Below are positions 1 to 12,080 of a stretch of DNA of 64,000 nucleotides, piece by piece. The stretch spans positions 1,302,001-1,366,000 of the forward strand of contig JAYWIR010000039.1 in NCBI GenBank assembly GCA_036172245.1, read 5' to 3'. The notes under the pieces are model-generated. The model ran no database searches, was not told the DNA's origin, and saw nothing but the letters and a program-made list of their open reading frames with translations. The DNA comes from Raillietiella orientalis. Taxonomy: Eukaryota. The position numbers and the translations under genes were made by a program. Within the stretch, counting starts at the first letter, position 1; each line of letters begins with the position of its first letter.

Positions 1-299
1 TCTCAGATCCCGCCACGCTGCGGATCAAGCTTCACGGCGTGGCGGCGCGCCACGAGGCGGGAGGACCCGGAACCGCGCGGAGAACGGAAAAGATGAAAGT
101 TGTCCTTTGTCTGGGACTGGTCGCCACCGACATCCGCAACTTGGTCGCAGGTGGGTCCGGAGTGCGCGTCTTCCTCCCTCCCTCCCCACTCCAGATGCGC
201 TTCGTCCAGAGTGCAGCGGCGGCGGGAAATCATCTCGAGGACTGGAATGGGCAAATTGCGCCCCCTCCCCCCTCCCTCCTGCTATTTATGTAATGAATA

Positions 300-1870
300 A
301 ATGAATCCACTTAGCGTCGAAAGCTGCGCCTTTGGGACTTCATGTGGGGGCGGACCGAAAGAGTTTGCTCTCCGCTCCAGCAGTGAGCTTCGGGGGGAAC
401 ATTCTTCGACATTGAGTTTGAAACTCTTCGGCATTCTCGGACGAAAATCATCGAGCGAAGTCTGCGGGCAAAGGGGTAATAAATGCTCACTTCAGCGTCT
501 GCAGCACAGTCATGCACTTTCGAGGGAACCCAGAAGAAGTGGAGGAGGAAGAAGAGAAACTCGATTCGCAGCATCGTTTTCTTTCTTTCTTTCTCTATAC
601 AGCAGTCCGTTCCGAAGAAATATCGAAATTCAATTCCAGGTTTTCCCATTCTCGTCTGGAAATTTATGCATGAGGTCATGCCGTCGGGCGAGGTCGGCCC
701 GACCTTTCCCCGAAGCTCGCTCCGACTGGAATCCGCATTTCGGATTCAAATGAGATGCGCAATCCTAAGTGGTCCGAGGCTGCGGCTGCAGGCGCAGCTA
801 CGAGAGGAGACGCAAATCGCGGATGGGGGGGGGGGGGGAGAGGAGGAGGGAAGGCATCCCCGGTATCTCCAAACATTTCTCATCCGTGTGAATTATCTCG
901 TGATTGCTCTTTTAAACGCGCTCCGAGGAGGATTTCAAAGTTGTAATAATCTGTTGATAAAGTAATGCCATCTTAGCGGCAGGCGATTTCTTGCAGAATT
1001 TCCGCTCCGAGCGCAGGTTCGTTTGATGAGTTTCGTACATTCCAGCATAAGCTCCACGGGTGTGTTCGTGGTGCGTGTGTGCGGATGAGGAGGTGTGTCG
1101 AACAGTGTTTGCCCTACGCGGGTCTGCAGCGAATCGGGGAACGGGGATGGAAGCAGGGAATCATGCAAAGGCCGCAGCGGCATCAACATGAAACTTCGCG
1201 CGTTTCCACGGAATCGGGAAATCACCCGTCGTTAAGAAAGCGAGAGTTTTCTCTCTCTTTTTTCTTTTCAAGGAAGGGGGGGGGGGGATCTCCATGTAAA
1301 GGTTGCGGGTGATCGAAGGACACGGGCAGATACGAGGAAACCACGTCTTTCGCCTTTCTGATGGTTCGCGTCGAAACCGCAAAATCATTTCGAATTGGAC
1401 AGGATGCCTCTTATTTGGTCCGATAATGATGGGAACATCGGAAGGTTCTTGAAAACAGCATCCAACAACAGTGAGCGCGACCCTCTGATCCAGAAAGATG
1501 CTATCCAGGCAGAGGAGAAGCTGCCAATTTGGAAAAAGAGGCCGGAAGTCCAAGATGAGTGAGCAAATTCGGACCACAGAAGAGCTGTCGTGGTGGATGC
1601 GGAGAAGCACCTGCTGAATGCCGGAGGATTTGATTGTCAAAGAACAAGGAACAATTAAGATGAGTCACGCACGGGGAGGGGGGATCGTGGCCAATTTACG
1701 AGGAGCGAAGTTTCCAGAAAGCAGATTCCCGTATCGGGTCCTTCTTCCAAGATGGACCTGAAGCAGAGCAGTGTCACCATCCAGAAGCGCGATCTTAGAG
1801 TGCTGGAGCAAACTCGGGAAAAAGAATCGACTCAGCGTTGTCTTTCGGCCCGAATTATGTGCGATCATAG
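300..1870 (-). mobile_element. Decayed LINE APE-endonuclease fragments (probably two)
   Basis: Degenerate APE-like motifs in translation: CINFQTRMGK..EFRYF (about 680-600), DGDTALLQVHL, and TVVGCCFQEPS (like I.VGCCYRPP). Motif resemblance only. Confidence 0.35.
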
Positions 1871-1945
1871 TCCAAAGAGAGAGAGAGAGAGAAGAAGAAA
1901 TCTACCTCCAAAGTTTGCAGCTACTGAAGAAATCGAAAGGTTCGC

Positions 1946-2612
1946 GTTCGCGGCCGTGTGGCTACGCGCGCGGTGCCAAACGTCACGGGTTCGATTCCCT
2001 CTGGGGGAAGGATCGACGCCGCGAGAACGGGGTGTGAATCGTGGGTTTCGAGTCGCCCCTCCCCCCTCCCCCAGGATGACGCTGGATGGCCTGTTCTGGA
2101 GCGGCACTGGTGGAAGCTGGAATCGGAAGTTGGAATCCCGGGGTCTTTCCAAGGATCAAGGAACCGTTCAGGGTTCCCCCCGGTTGTGAAAATGGTACCC
2201 CTCCATCGCGTAGCATGGAGCTGGTTGACATGCCCCCCCCGGGGGTTCCCTCCTCTCCAGAAAGTCAAGAAGTGCACTGCCCCCTTTGGGGAACGTCCCT
2301 TCCGGGATTCTCTTGAGAGAAGTTCAGACAAGGAGCGGTTCCCTTGCGGGTTCCCTCCGGAGAAGAAATAAGAGAAGAAATAAGAATCAGAAAGAGGTTG
2401 CCTTCAGGGTTCCCATCCCAAGAGCGAGAGAGGAACGGACTCCTTCCTCCGGGGCCTTCCAGGATTCCCTCCGGAGTTGCCCTCTAACTTGAAGAGTCAG
2501 TCACTCACCCTTGGGTGACGCGAACAGCGTTAAAGTGCTTCTTGAGCTCCCCCCACGGAGGCGAACGCTTTTTCAGCGCTTTGCGAAGACAAAAGAAAAA
2601 AGAAAAAAAAAG
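1946..2612 (+). mobile_element. tRNA-headed SINE-like repeat, copy 1 (about 650 bp)
   Basis: Pol III B-box GGTTCGATTCC (1988-1998) after an A-box-like GCGGCCGTGTGGCTA. Body motifs shared with other copies (GGATCAAGGA, TGAAAATGG..CCATCGCGT, CAAGAGCGAGAGAGGAACGGACTCCTTCCTCCGG); A-rich tail. Confidence 0.8.
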
Positions 2613-2749
2613 GAATCAGAGAGGGCTCAAGAACGCTCAACAGGTGTCACTTGAACTCTTTATGGAAGGATGCTATCTTTTCATGCTTTCTGAACTTTAT
2701 TTACTTTTGATAAGCGCCATCAGTTTGTCCCTTGAAGTTATTTATGAGC

Positions 2750-3900
2750 CATAGAATTCCCGATTGCGCTGAGAGTTCCATTCCGCCTCTACTCGTGGTC
2801 AATAATCTGATCATTCGACCGAATCCCTCATCTGCGGGCGGTGATATGCAATCACGTGCTGATAGCAGCGGTTCCAGAGGCAGCAAGTGATGGTGGTGGT
2901 GCCGGATCACGTACAGCTAGGTTGTTGCCACAGCTTCAGTCCTTTCGATGGCAGTCCACTTGAATTTCCGCGGTTCCGCAGGCTGCTTCCCTCTGATTGG
3001 ACGTCGCCGCCCTCTGACGTTTTTCGGATCACTGGACGCCACGGATAGGACGGAGATCCTGCGCATCCATCTGGAGAGCTGGCTTGTAGCAACCTAGCAA
3101 TCCAGGGCCGCGTGATCGGTCAGGTTGGTTTGTGGGAAGGCCTCCGACCGCGCTATCACACTGTATTTACCAGCAAACACCGAAGAAGAGCGCGTCGCGC
3201 ACCCACAAGCAGTTCTTGCCCAGTCGTTGTCACCCAAACGCATCGGAGAGGAGCAAAACCGATCGGATCAGGAAGGGATGGACAGCTGCGATCGGTCAGT
3301 TGCGGCCGGCGTCGAAGTCATGACCGGTGGAGCTGTCAGTGATGAAGGGTATAAGGTTTGGTCAGGAGAAGAGTGAGCGGGCAATCCTCCCACGAAAACA
3401 CTCCATCATCTTCTAACAATATGGCGATCGAAAGCGAATGCCTGGTGGCGAGAACTTTGGCACCAGGAAGGAATGGAGTTGGTTCTCTTCTCCGTGTCTT
3501 GTGAAACCAGTTGCTAAAGCAGCTGCATCTCTTTTTCAGGATTGATTCTTGGCGGCAGGCACCAGCAGCAGCCGTAGCGCTGGGGTAACGATGGGTGCCC
3601 CTTGAAATGTTGCGGGTCTCTCCTTTCAAAGAGCTCTCGGTTCTTCGTTGGCCTGGTGTGGCACTGCGATTTTTCCCTCTCCACTTCCTCTGGAACTTCT
3701 CTCTTCACCTACTTTGTCTCCGCTTCCCCCTTTCCACCTCAGTTAACTGCTATCCATCGAAATCCAGTAATATCATCCTCCTGCAGGCCTATGGTGGCTT
3801 TTTTTGAGCATCCCGAAGAATCTCTGATTTCTCTGGAAGAAGGAAGGTTTCTGGATTCTTTTTCCAGCATGGCTTCATAGTCGGGTTCCTCACCTTATGT
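2750..3900 (-). mobile_element. Decayed LINE reverse-transcriptase fragment (CR1-like)
   Basis: Motifs in RT order across frames: TRNISRGTHRYPS (like DISKAFDRVPH), CFSNWFHKTRRR, RSVLLL (like GSVLGP), SSSVFAGK (like LFADD), SQLSRW. Confidence 0.4.
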
Positions 3901-3949
3901 CAACCGTGCCCAGTCTTTAGGGCCGTGTGCTCTTTCCAAGTCTTCTAGA

Positions 3950-6900
3950 GGTCCGAGAGCGTCCTCCAGTGACAGTAATCAGCAGACCTCAGTTTGTAGG
4001 CCATATTGCTCCACGAAAACTTTCGATGCATTCCATTCACTTATACAGCCGCTATGTAGGTCGAGGACCAACTCCTTACCTGGATGGACGCTACGTAGAT
4101 GATGCACTAGAAGACTATTCTGCAAGTAGTCTGCACCCTTCCAAGTACCACTTATTGTGATTAGGATGGAAGTTTCATTAGAAATCCGTTATTGGATAGG
4201 TACGCTCGATCTAAACTACAAGAAACATCTTTGTTCACAAGCTTTCCCTTGGATTCATATCGACTCTAAACCGTTTTTTTTTTTTTTTTTTTTTTTAATC
4301 CCACAGTGAGATCATCCCCTCATTATAGAGAATTAGAATATCTCGAGTTGATTAACGCGAGGAGATTTCTGACTCATTTCTGCATTGACTTCGGGAGATC
4401 AACTTTTACGTTCGGCTCCTAAACAGAATCCTATGTCATTCTTGATGGTTCGTCTGCGTGCCTGTCATCATCATCACGATTCGTTTTAGGGAGTTTCCAA
4501 ATCCACACATTGGCGAACTGCTGTTTTATCTTTTTTGCAGTACAACGTCGCATAGATAAAACAATCTTGGTGCTAAGTGCTGATGTATGGAGAGCTGATG
4601 GAGCCCATGTATTCTCATCTTTTAGCCACCTTACCATTGGTTTTCTTGAGCAGGTACGCAGGAAGGAAGAAGGCAGACAGGTGGTTATAAGCACCAAAGC
4701 CAATCTGCAGCTGTGATTCTTGCAGCCTGAGCAGATGTATCACTCAGGGTGCTGTTCGCGCTTGGACCTTTGGAGCTTTGGGGAGTGGAACCGCAAAAGT
4801 CCTAAAGCAGTTCGTGGAGGATGCTGGATGTGCACTGGAAAAGGTGAAGGCTTCGCTGTCCCAACATTCCCTCTGTGCAAACGAAACTCTGAGAAACTTG
4901 TTGGTGGCTCAAAGGATCTCTGGCCTGGCAAGAAGGATTAGCTTTTGAGTTCTTTCTCGTTTTCCTGGATGAGGTGTATTCTTGAAACTCGGCTTTGATC
5001 CTACCCGTAGAAGTACACTCATCGCTACAAGCCAAACAGCCGGCTTGCTGTTCCTAAACGATAGGGAATCCCAAAACACCCCAAAGAACTTGAAGAGCCC
5101 CGTAATTTGCGGATGTGGGAACCATGGCGAATCTGGTGACTTTCGAGACCACGTATCGAAGAGCTATTCAGCAGCAGAGCACCAATAAGAGTTGATGCTG
5201 AATGGAACATTGCAGCGCATTTTCAAAGAATGGAAAAATCATGCTTGGACTTCCAGCCGAAATATCTTGAGATGCATGAAAGCGGGTTGGAGAAGGGAAA
5301 GTCCTTTGTGTGTTGTCAAACACCCCATGTGATGGCATCTCGCTCAGGATCACGGTGGCTGCTGCATGTTGGCCAGGTCTAGGCATGTCTTCTTGCCAGG
5401 AGGCTGTCAATCTGGTACAGCCACGCAGCGTTCGTCTTTCTACTGTACGTTAGTGAATGGCATGACGTGAACGTGACGCGTAGCTTTCCCAGCTTACAAA
5501 ACTACCGCACCATATGGTGGGAAGAAAACGGTAAATGCGAACGCGTGGAAAAGTTGAGCAGTGGATGGGGAGGTGCTGATTCCGGCTGACAACTTGAGCA
5601 AAGCTGGTGCACTCGTTCGAGGGAACGAGGCTGGCGATGTGCGAAGTGTGAGCAGAAGAGGACTGTAGCTCAGGACCGCGGCAATTCTTTTCTTTCTTCC
5701 CCTCTCGCTCTTTTTTCTCTCAAATATGCTTTTCTTGACGTAACTAAAAGATAGATGGCCTTTACTTGATTTGATTCACCTCCTCGCCCATAGACAACTC
5801 TGAACGAAGCAGCAAACCAATTGGTGACATTGCCCACACTAGAGTGTAGGCAGGAAGGGCGCGTGGCTTCCGATGCTGCCTCCACTAGTTGGTAAAGCAT
5901 CTAAAAAACTGGGTGAAATGGGATCCTTTCTGAATCTAGAATTCACATTTGCATCCACCGAGAGAGTAGTAGAGCACTGCTGCAGATGCATTTCATGTAA
6001 AAAATCTGAATGTTCTTTGGAGCGGTTCCCGGATATCCGTGGAGCATCCAGCCTCTTTGTTCCGTTCAGGGAGCTCGAAACAACCGCTACGAGTCGGAGA
6101 ATCCTTTGCGGAAGGTGATGGCACACTTTGTACCACGCCGGCATACAAAATCCGTCTCTTGAGGATTTTGTTGCGACTACCATCTTCGATCGGATGCGAA
6201 ATAAGCGAAAGAAGAAGTTGCCTCGAGTAACGTTTCACCTTTCGGATCAATTCTCGAGTTACTCGGAGAAAAAATCTTTGAAGGGTATCCATTCTATCTG
6301 TTGAAAGTACCAGCTTGGAAAAGCGTTGAAACAGGAGTGGAAAAAATGGTCCACACGGAATAGATTTATGGAAAATGAAGCAACCGAAAATAAAAAGCAA
6401 ATGATTGCATTTTTGTGCCTCAAGTTAAAAGAAAAGACGAAGGACAACAACTACTGCTGCCAGACAACTGCTACTCTCCAGAAACCATTCCAAAGAACGG
6501 CAACCATCCGGAAAGGTCGCAATTATCAAGGAACATTGTATTTCTCTATGGAGGCCAGGACGTTTGCCACCTTGCAATACAACTCAGATGCATCTTTCTC
6601 GAGCCACAAGGGCTTAGCAATCTTTGAGATGGCACCGTGCACTCTCTTCAATTCTGTGTGGAGGGGAAGGAAAGAGGAAGAGGAGGAAGAAGAAGAAAAA
6701 CATTGTTCTACCAGAGCAAGGATTCGCCAAACAGTGGAAATTCCCCAAACTTTTCTTTGTCCATGCCTCAATATCCTTCTTTCTCTTCGATGTCTGGGTT
6801 GGCGAACCGTGTTGAAGACCAGATCACGAGGTTCCAATGTTGATAAGCACCCATCTAGGGAACACAGAGTTTGTTCTGACATGAACTCTTGCTCCTTTGG

Positions 6901-8900
6901 ACTCTGGTCTCCAAAGCCCCTTGGGAAACTTTGTTGGTGTATGTCCCGGAATGCACTCCTTGGCAAAACAAGATTTTCACTGCAGAAAGATACGTCGCAG
7001 AGAATAAGATCATGAGGTTTCAGCATGTCAGGCTGTGGTTGCAAATGAACCACAGTCTGAAAATCTGGGGATGTTCAAAGGTGCACCAAAATCATAGGTT
7101 TGTTTTTTGAGCAGTCAAGAGAAGGAACGTGCAGAGCTCCATTATAATAAGTCCTATCTCATTAAAGGATCCACCTTTTTGGCACCAGAATGTAGGCTGA
7201 ATGCCTTGGAATTGCTAGAACTGGAGCACAGCCATGGCTGGATCAGGGAAGAGACAGGATGAAACATCAAGAGCTGCATCAAAGAAAAATCCGACGTAAT
7301 GTAGCCATGTATGTCTCACTACAAATAAAAGGGCATCCAGGAACAGAGTCAGCCATTCCTGGTGGTCATTAGGCAATAGTGAGTCTGCTTTTGTTTTAGT
7401 TTATTTTTTATTTTTCATCTATTTTAGCTTACCACATGTAGGCAGAGCAAATGCTTTGTGAGGAACGATAAAAGGGCACTTCTGCACCACTTTCCAGCAA
7501 ACCACTTTTTGAATTTCAGCATAAACCAAGGGAAATTTCTGTGTACTTTGCAAATGTGAATAACAAGGCAGGAAATCACAAAGATTTCTTAAAGATCACT
7601 TTTTTGGAGTAGGACCTCCAAACGTATGAATAATCTGTCGAATGTCAATTTCAGCAGATTACTCATACCGACATAAACCAAGGAAAAAGAACCACATGCT
7701 AATGTTGCATGGGCTGCAACTTTTCATGAGCAGATATCGAACCGCATTTGATGAAATACAATGTATTCCTTGCAAAATATTTCGCAGTTATCGAAAATTT
7801 ATGTAGCCGAAAGCCAATGTATTGAATGGAGAGTTGATTCAGTACTCCGAGAAATAAGGAAAGCAGATTATCATAATTGTTATTATATTATATTATATTA
7901 CTCCGAGGCCGTTAAAAATATTCAGGAGAGGTTCAGTGTACACAATATGTGTTACAATGTATTACTTCACAATATAAAAGATGGCCTACAATGAAATGAC
8001 TGCTCGTTTGCTACTCTGTGTTAGTGTTTTGTGCTGCTCACGAGCGATGCAAAGTGGAAAAGCACATGTAATTTCACTGCATATTGATGGACAGCCCGTG
8101 TAAATTTCATATCGAGGTCCATCAGAAGGAGGTGCATATTTTTGGCACTCAGTGTAGTTGAATTTTTCGCAATTTTTAGTTCAATTTCATACTTAGCCTT
8201 GTGAGTTTTTTTTTTTTTTTTTTTTTTTTCCCCTACCACACCCTTTTCTTTTTTCCCCGTTGTGTTTCTGGATCTGAAGAAAACTTTCTAAATTCCGTCG
8301 CTGCCCAGCGATCGGAAATCCACAAGACGTGGACGTTTCTGCTTTTGGTCCCCTGGTCCTCACCAGTTCCGTTTCTGCAGGGAGTGTTTTGTGCAGCTAA
8401 CGTGTTTGCGCGTGTTTTCGTGCGAACATGCGTTGCGAGAGAGCATCCTTCAGAGAGAAGAACCCAAATGAACCACCGCAGAGATGATTCCCGAGTCTGT
8501 TCCGGAGTCCACGGAATTCCGAAAGTCATCCTTCTGGTAATTTCTGCCTTGATGATTTCTGTGAGGGCCGCAGCTCTCCAGCCGATTCATCTTGAGCATG
8601 GAAACCATGCATTTTTGTTTCGGGTCGAGGGTCCCCAACAGAAGCGAGCAAGAAATCGAAGATACGGGAGGTGCATGGACCCAGCCACCCACCCACCTAC
8701 CCCACGCACACGTATGTGTGCACCAGCCCCGCTGTCGGCCGACTTCACGAGCCGTCGAAAGCTCAACTCCCGAGGGTGAGAAGCAAATGTCAACACTTGC
8801 ATTCCAAGAAAGCGCACCAGCTGGAGCAGCCGCCACTTGCAACGAGAGAAGCCTCCGAAACGACCGATGGAATCTCTGGTCAATCCAAGTGATTTGTGGA
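3950..8900 (-). mobile_element. Near full-length, heavily decayed CR1/L2-group LINE (ORF1, APE, RT)
   Basis: Colinear relics. ORF1-like: RRMTFGIPWTPEQT (about 8530), KIAKNSTTLSAKN..D (about 8170), LKLTFDRLFI (about 7640). APE-like: STLEPRDLVFNT..GIST (6900-6730). RT-like: ASWQEDMPRPGQHA, FAMVP, HRGNV; C-terminal CISEWNA. Many stops and frameshifts. Confidence 0.55.
7755..7997. promoter_or_regulatory. Cluster of DM-domain (Dsx/Dmrt) consensus-like sites
   Basis: AATACAATGTATT (7755-7767, perfect pseudo-palindrome), GTTACAATGTATT (7951-7963), partial CCAATGTATT (about 7814) and CTACAATG (about 7986). Confidence 0.3.
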
Positions 8901-9949
8901 AGTTCGCGTCTTTCCACAGCCTCCTCGTTTTTTTACGGCTGTTTAGGCTTTGGATCTCATTGTCTTTGAGAAGTTCAAATGAGCTTCATCTGCCAGATGA
9001 ACTTTGCAAACTCAGAAAAAAAAAACAGAAAACAAAAGAGAGGGAGAGAGAGAGATAGAGAGAAAAAAAGAAGGAAAAAAAAGAGAAAGAAACGGAATCC
9101 TCAAAAGAAAGAAAGACCCAGCAGAATGCGTAGCAACCACTCCTCGAGGAGCTCATGAAAGGTAAGTTATGGAACGGATGTGCAGTTTCGCTTTTCCTCT
9201 CCACGTCCATTTAGCTCCAGGGATGGGGCTCATGTTTATGCAAATCTGTTAATCAAAGTAGTTAGCAAACAGTATGCCACATGACGAACCGGCCGAAGGT
9301 CGCATTCGCATGTGGATTTATTTAATTTATTTAGCAGCTTGCCGATGCTGTGCTGGAAAACGGGGATTTCACGAGCGTGACGTCGGGAGATAAAAGGACA
9401 TCTCTCACCCTCCCTCCCTCCCTCTCTCTTTCTCTCTCTCTCTCCCGGTTCTGGGACTTTGCATATTGTATTCCTTTTCTTGGTCGGCAGGGCATGCGAG
9501 TTGCTGGTCCTCAAACAGCTGTATCAGGAACGCGTCAAAGCGACCCTCAGGAAGGGACTTCTTCCCCCAACCGTTCTGAGGCGTCCGCCCCGATTCGGAA
9601 GCGGGAACTCTCTCGTTCTTGGCCCGTCTACTCCCTCCGTTCGAACCCGGGACACGCCCCGTGCCATGGTTGTAGCCGAAGGAACTCTCGTTTCTTTGTG
9701 CCTCGCTGCGAAGCGGGTGGCGCGTCTTCCTTTCGGTGGCAGCCGCGGCGCTCGGGAGTGGTCCGCTCCGTGGCAACCGGCTCCACACCGCCTCGACGCC
9801 TGCCGATCCAGCACCCGAAGACCTTCACTGCCTTCTTCGTTCTCGCAGCCGACCACCACCACCAGCAGTAGCAGCAGCAGCTTTCGCGGCTTTTCGGTAG
9901 GGTCAGGAGAGTTTCAGGACGAAACGTTTCGTCCCTGGAGATCCAGATC

Positions 9950-10800
9950 TATTTTCCCCCTTCCTCTCGTGCTCGACCCGTTTCCCATGAAAACCCATCG
10001 CGTGAGCGCAGTCGTCGCGTCGGTCAATCTCAAGCAGGCGTGTGCCATTTTGTAATTTCACTCTCGAATGATTCAACTTGCATCCCCGTTCATCAGGCAG
10101 TGCCGATGTTTTCCAATCGCTCCTGTCGACGAGACCGGAGCTTGGTGAGGGACTCCGTCTCACGGGAAACGCCGTTGAGACCACGGCTCCGCCAGTAGAA
10201 GCGGAGCAGTGTCGTACCTCCATTGCTGTTTGATTTTTCAAGTCCTTTTCCTATGTCCTTCATTGTAGCCGAGGTGCGACCATCGTAACCAGCATCCCCC
10301 CCTTTTAATCCGTGGACAGGGTGCCCCATGTATGTTATTTGGAATGGAAAATCTCTGGTCATTATCCGTCACGAGCAGCGTGGAACAGAAGCGTTGCGCA
10401 ACCTTCGCGCGTTCCTAACGAAATCATGGAATCGCTGGTTGAGTAACTGGGATTTGTCGTGGGTCCCTACGTGGTGGTTTGTGCACTTTTGAAGTTATCA
10501 TTAGAACCAAAGGTTTGCCAAGATTTCTCTCGCGCGCTGTCTTCCATCCCTCCTTTTCTGAAATTTTTTTTTTTGCGAGCACGGTGCTTGTTTGGTACTT
10601 GAAGGTTGACCAACGATCGTAACCTCGTAAACGAATGCGTGATGTCCGGTTGTGGTACGACCTTGTACATGAAATACAAATTTACTTTCAGTTTTGAAAG
10701 TTGCAAGTTTCGTGCGTCGAGGCCCAATTCGATAGCGACGTTCGCTTTGAGACTGGCACCACTGTGATTGTTGTTGTGAAGTTAGAAGCCATCTTGTCGA
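9950..10800 (-). mobile_element. Decayed LINE ORF2 fragment (region just before the RT core)
   Basis: FQITYMGHPVHGLKGGDAGYDGRTSATMK (like IT..EV..L..LK..KA.GPDG) followed by SSGLVDRSDWKTS (like SG.VPSDWKTA). Confidence 0.5.
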
Positions 10801-11555
10801 AATAAGCGATTCCTTTTCAGCGGCAGTCCGTTGCAAATTACCAGATTTTCATCCGATCCTCAAGGAATTTTGCAGGTTATCTTTTAACGAGTGCAGCTTC
10901 CTGAACCCTTCGAGGGATTTACGAAAGGATCGGACTTTTAAAGTGATAGCTTAAGTTTACGTTCCCCCTCTGGTGCGCCGAGCTCACTTAACGTAAGTCT
11001 GCACACGCTTTGCTCGTTTCATTTCCTCCAAAACAACAACAGCAAAAAAACCTTTTGGCCAAGTTATTCTTTGCAGGAGTTTTCTTTCTTCTCTCGCTAC
11101 CCAATCCTAATGTATCTTTCTCTTCCCCTGAAGCGTGTGGCAAAGCTTAAAGAGAAACCCAGCATCATTTAGGAAAAAGCCTGGTTCATAAGACCAGGAA
11201 GAGGAAACCGGAAAGATGCATTTGGTGCAAGTAAGTACTGGAACCGCGTAAGCTGTGTTACATGTTCCCGTTGTTCTTCAAGCAGCGAGAAGAGAGCGTG
11301 CGAGCATCCTTTCTCTTGCTGAGCATATCATTCATCCGTGGAGTGTCTTACAAAGTTGCTATTCACCCCGTGGTCGTTAGAAGCCGACCTCGTACGGTGT
11401 CTTTACGGTTTCTCTTGCCACTGGAGAGAGGGAAGGATGTTCCAGTGGAAGACGTGAGTGGGAGGAGGTGCAGCGCGCGCTTTTTTTTCTTTTTCCCCTT
11501 CTTTGTTTTCGATGAAAATAAAGTGACAGATTCGTCTGAATTTTTTCACCCACCC

Positions 11556-11627
11556 ACGCACACTCGCGCACGCACGCACGCACACACACACACGCGCACA
11601 CACATACACACACACATACACACACAC
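11556..11627. repeat. Imperfect (CA)n / (CGCA)n microsatellite
   Basis: Read directly from the sequence. Confidence 0.9.
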
Positions 11628-11719
11628 AAAAAAAAAGGGAGGAAGGTCTAAAGGGATGCTGCTTATTTGATTTTGATGTGATAGTGGCTACGGATACTTC
11701 CAATGTCAGAGCATAAATT

Positions 11720-12080
11720 CTACACATCGCCTAGCAACATCCAAGAGCAATGGAAGAGGAAATCCATCACATGATACAGTGTACCACGGGTACGTGGAAG
11801 GATGCTCTGATCAGATAACAAACATTTCGGCACCGCAAGTGAGAGCGCTTGGGTGCGGAGCTGCTGGTGAAAGATTTGTATGGAAACTCGGAGGTGGTAG
11901 ACGGCCCCCTCGCGACTCGCTGCCGGGGAAACGGATGCTGGGGCTGCAGCATCGAGGTGCGCCGTCGGAAGCCCCTTGCGCTCTGTTGCCATCGCTTGGG
12001 ATTCTTCTTTTCCGGCATGAGTAACTGCGATCCAGGATTCCCTTCCCTTTCTCCCATGGCACATCCATCGCCGAACGTGC
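11720..12080 (-). mobile_element. Decayed RTE-like LINE C-terminal fragment
   Basis: KRWQQSARGF, PSALTCGAEMF (like P.LLYGAETW) and DFLFHCSWMLLG (like F..RCLRRILG), in the expected order. Confidence 0.4.

Noticed and set aside
1946..2010. Possible tRNA genes at the GGTTCGA(A/T)TCC boxes
   Set aside because: No complete cloverleaf seen, and each continues into the shared SINE body.
4713..4733. Minus-strand CSGCKNH resembling the start of a third DM domain
   Set aside because: No KGH or downstream C-x4-C-x-C-x2-C, and it lies inside a LINE RT relic; coincidence.
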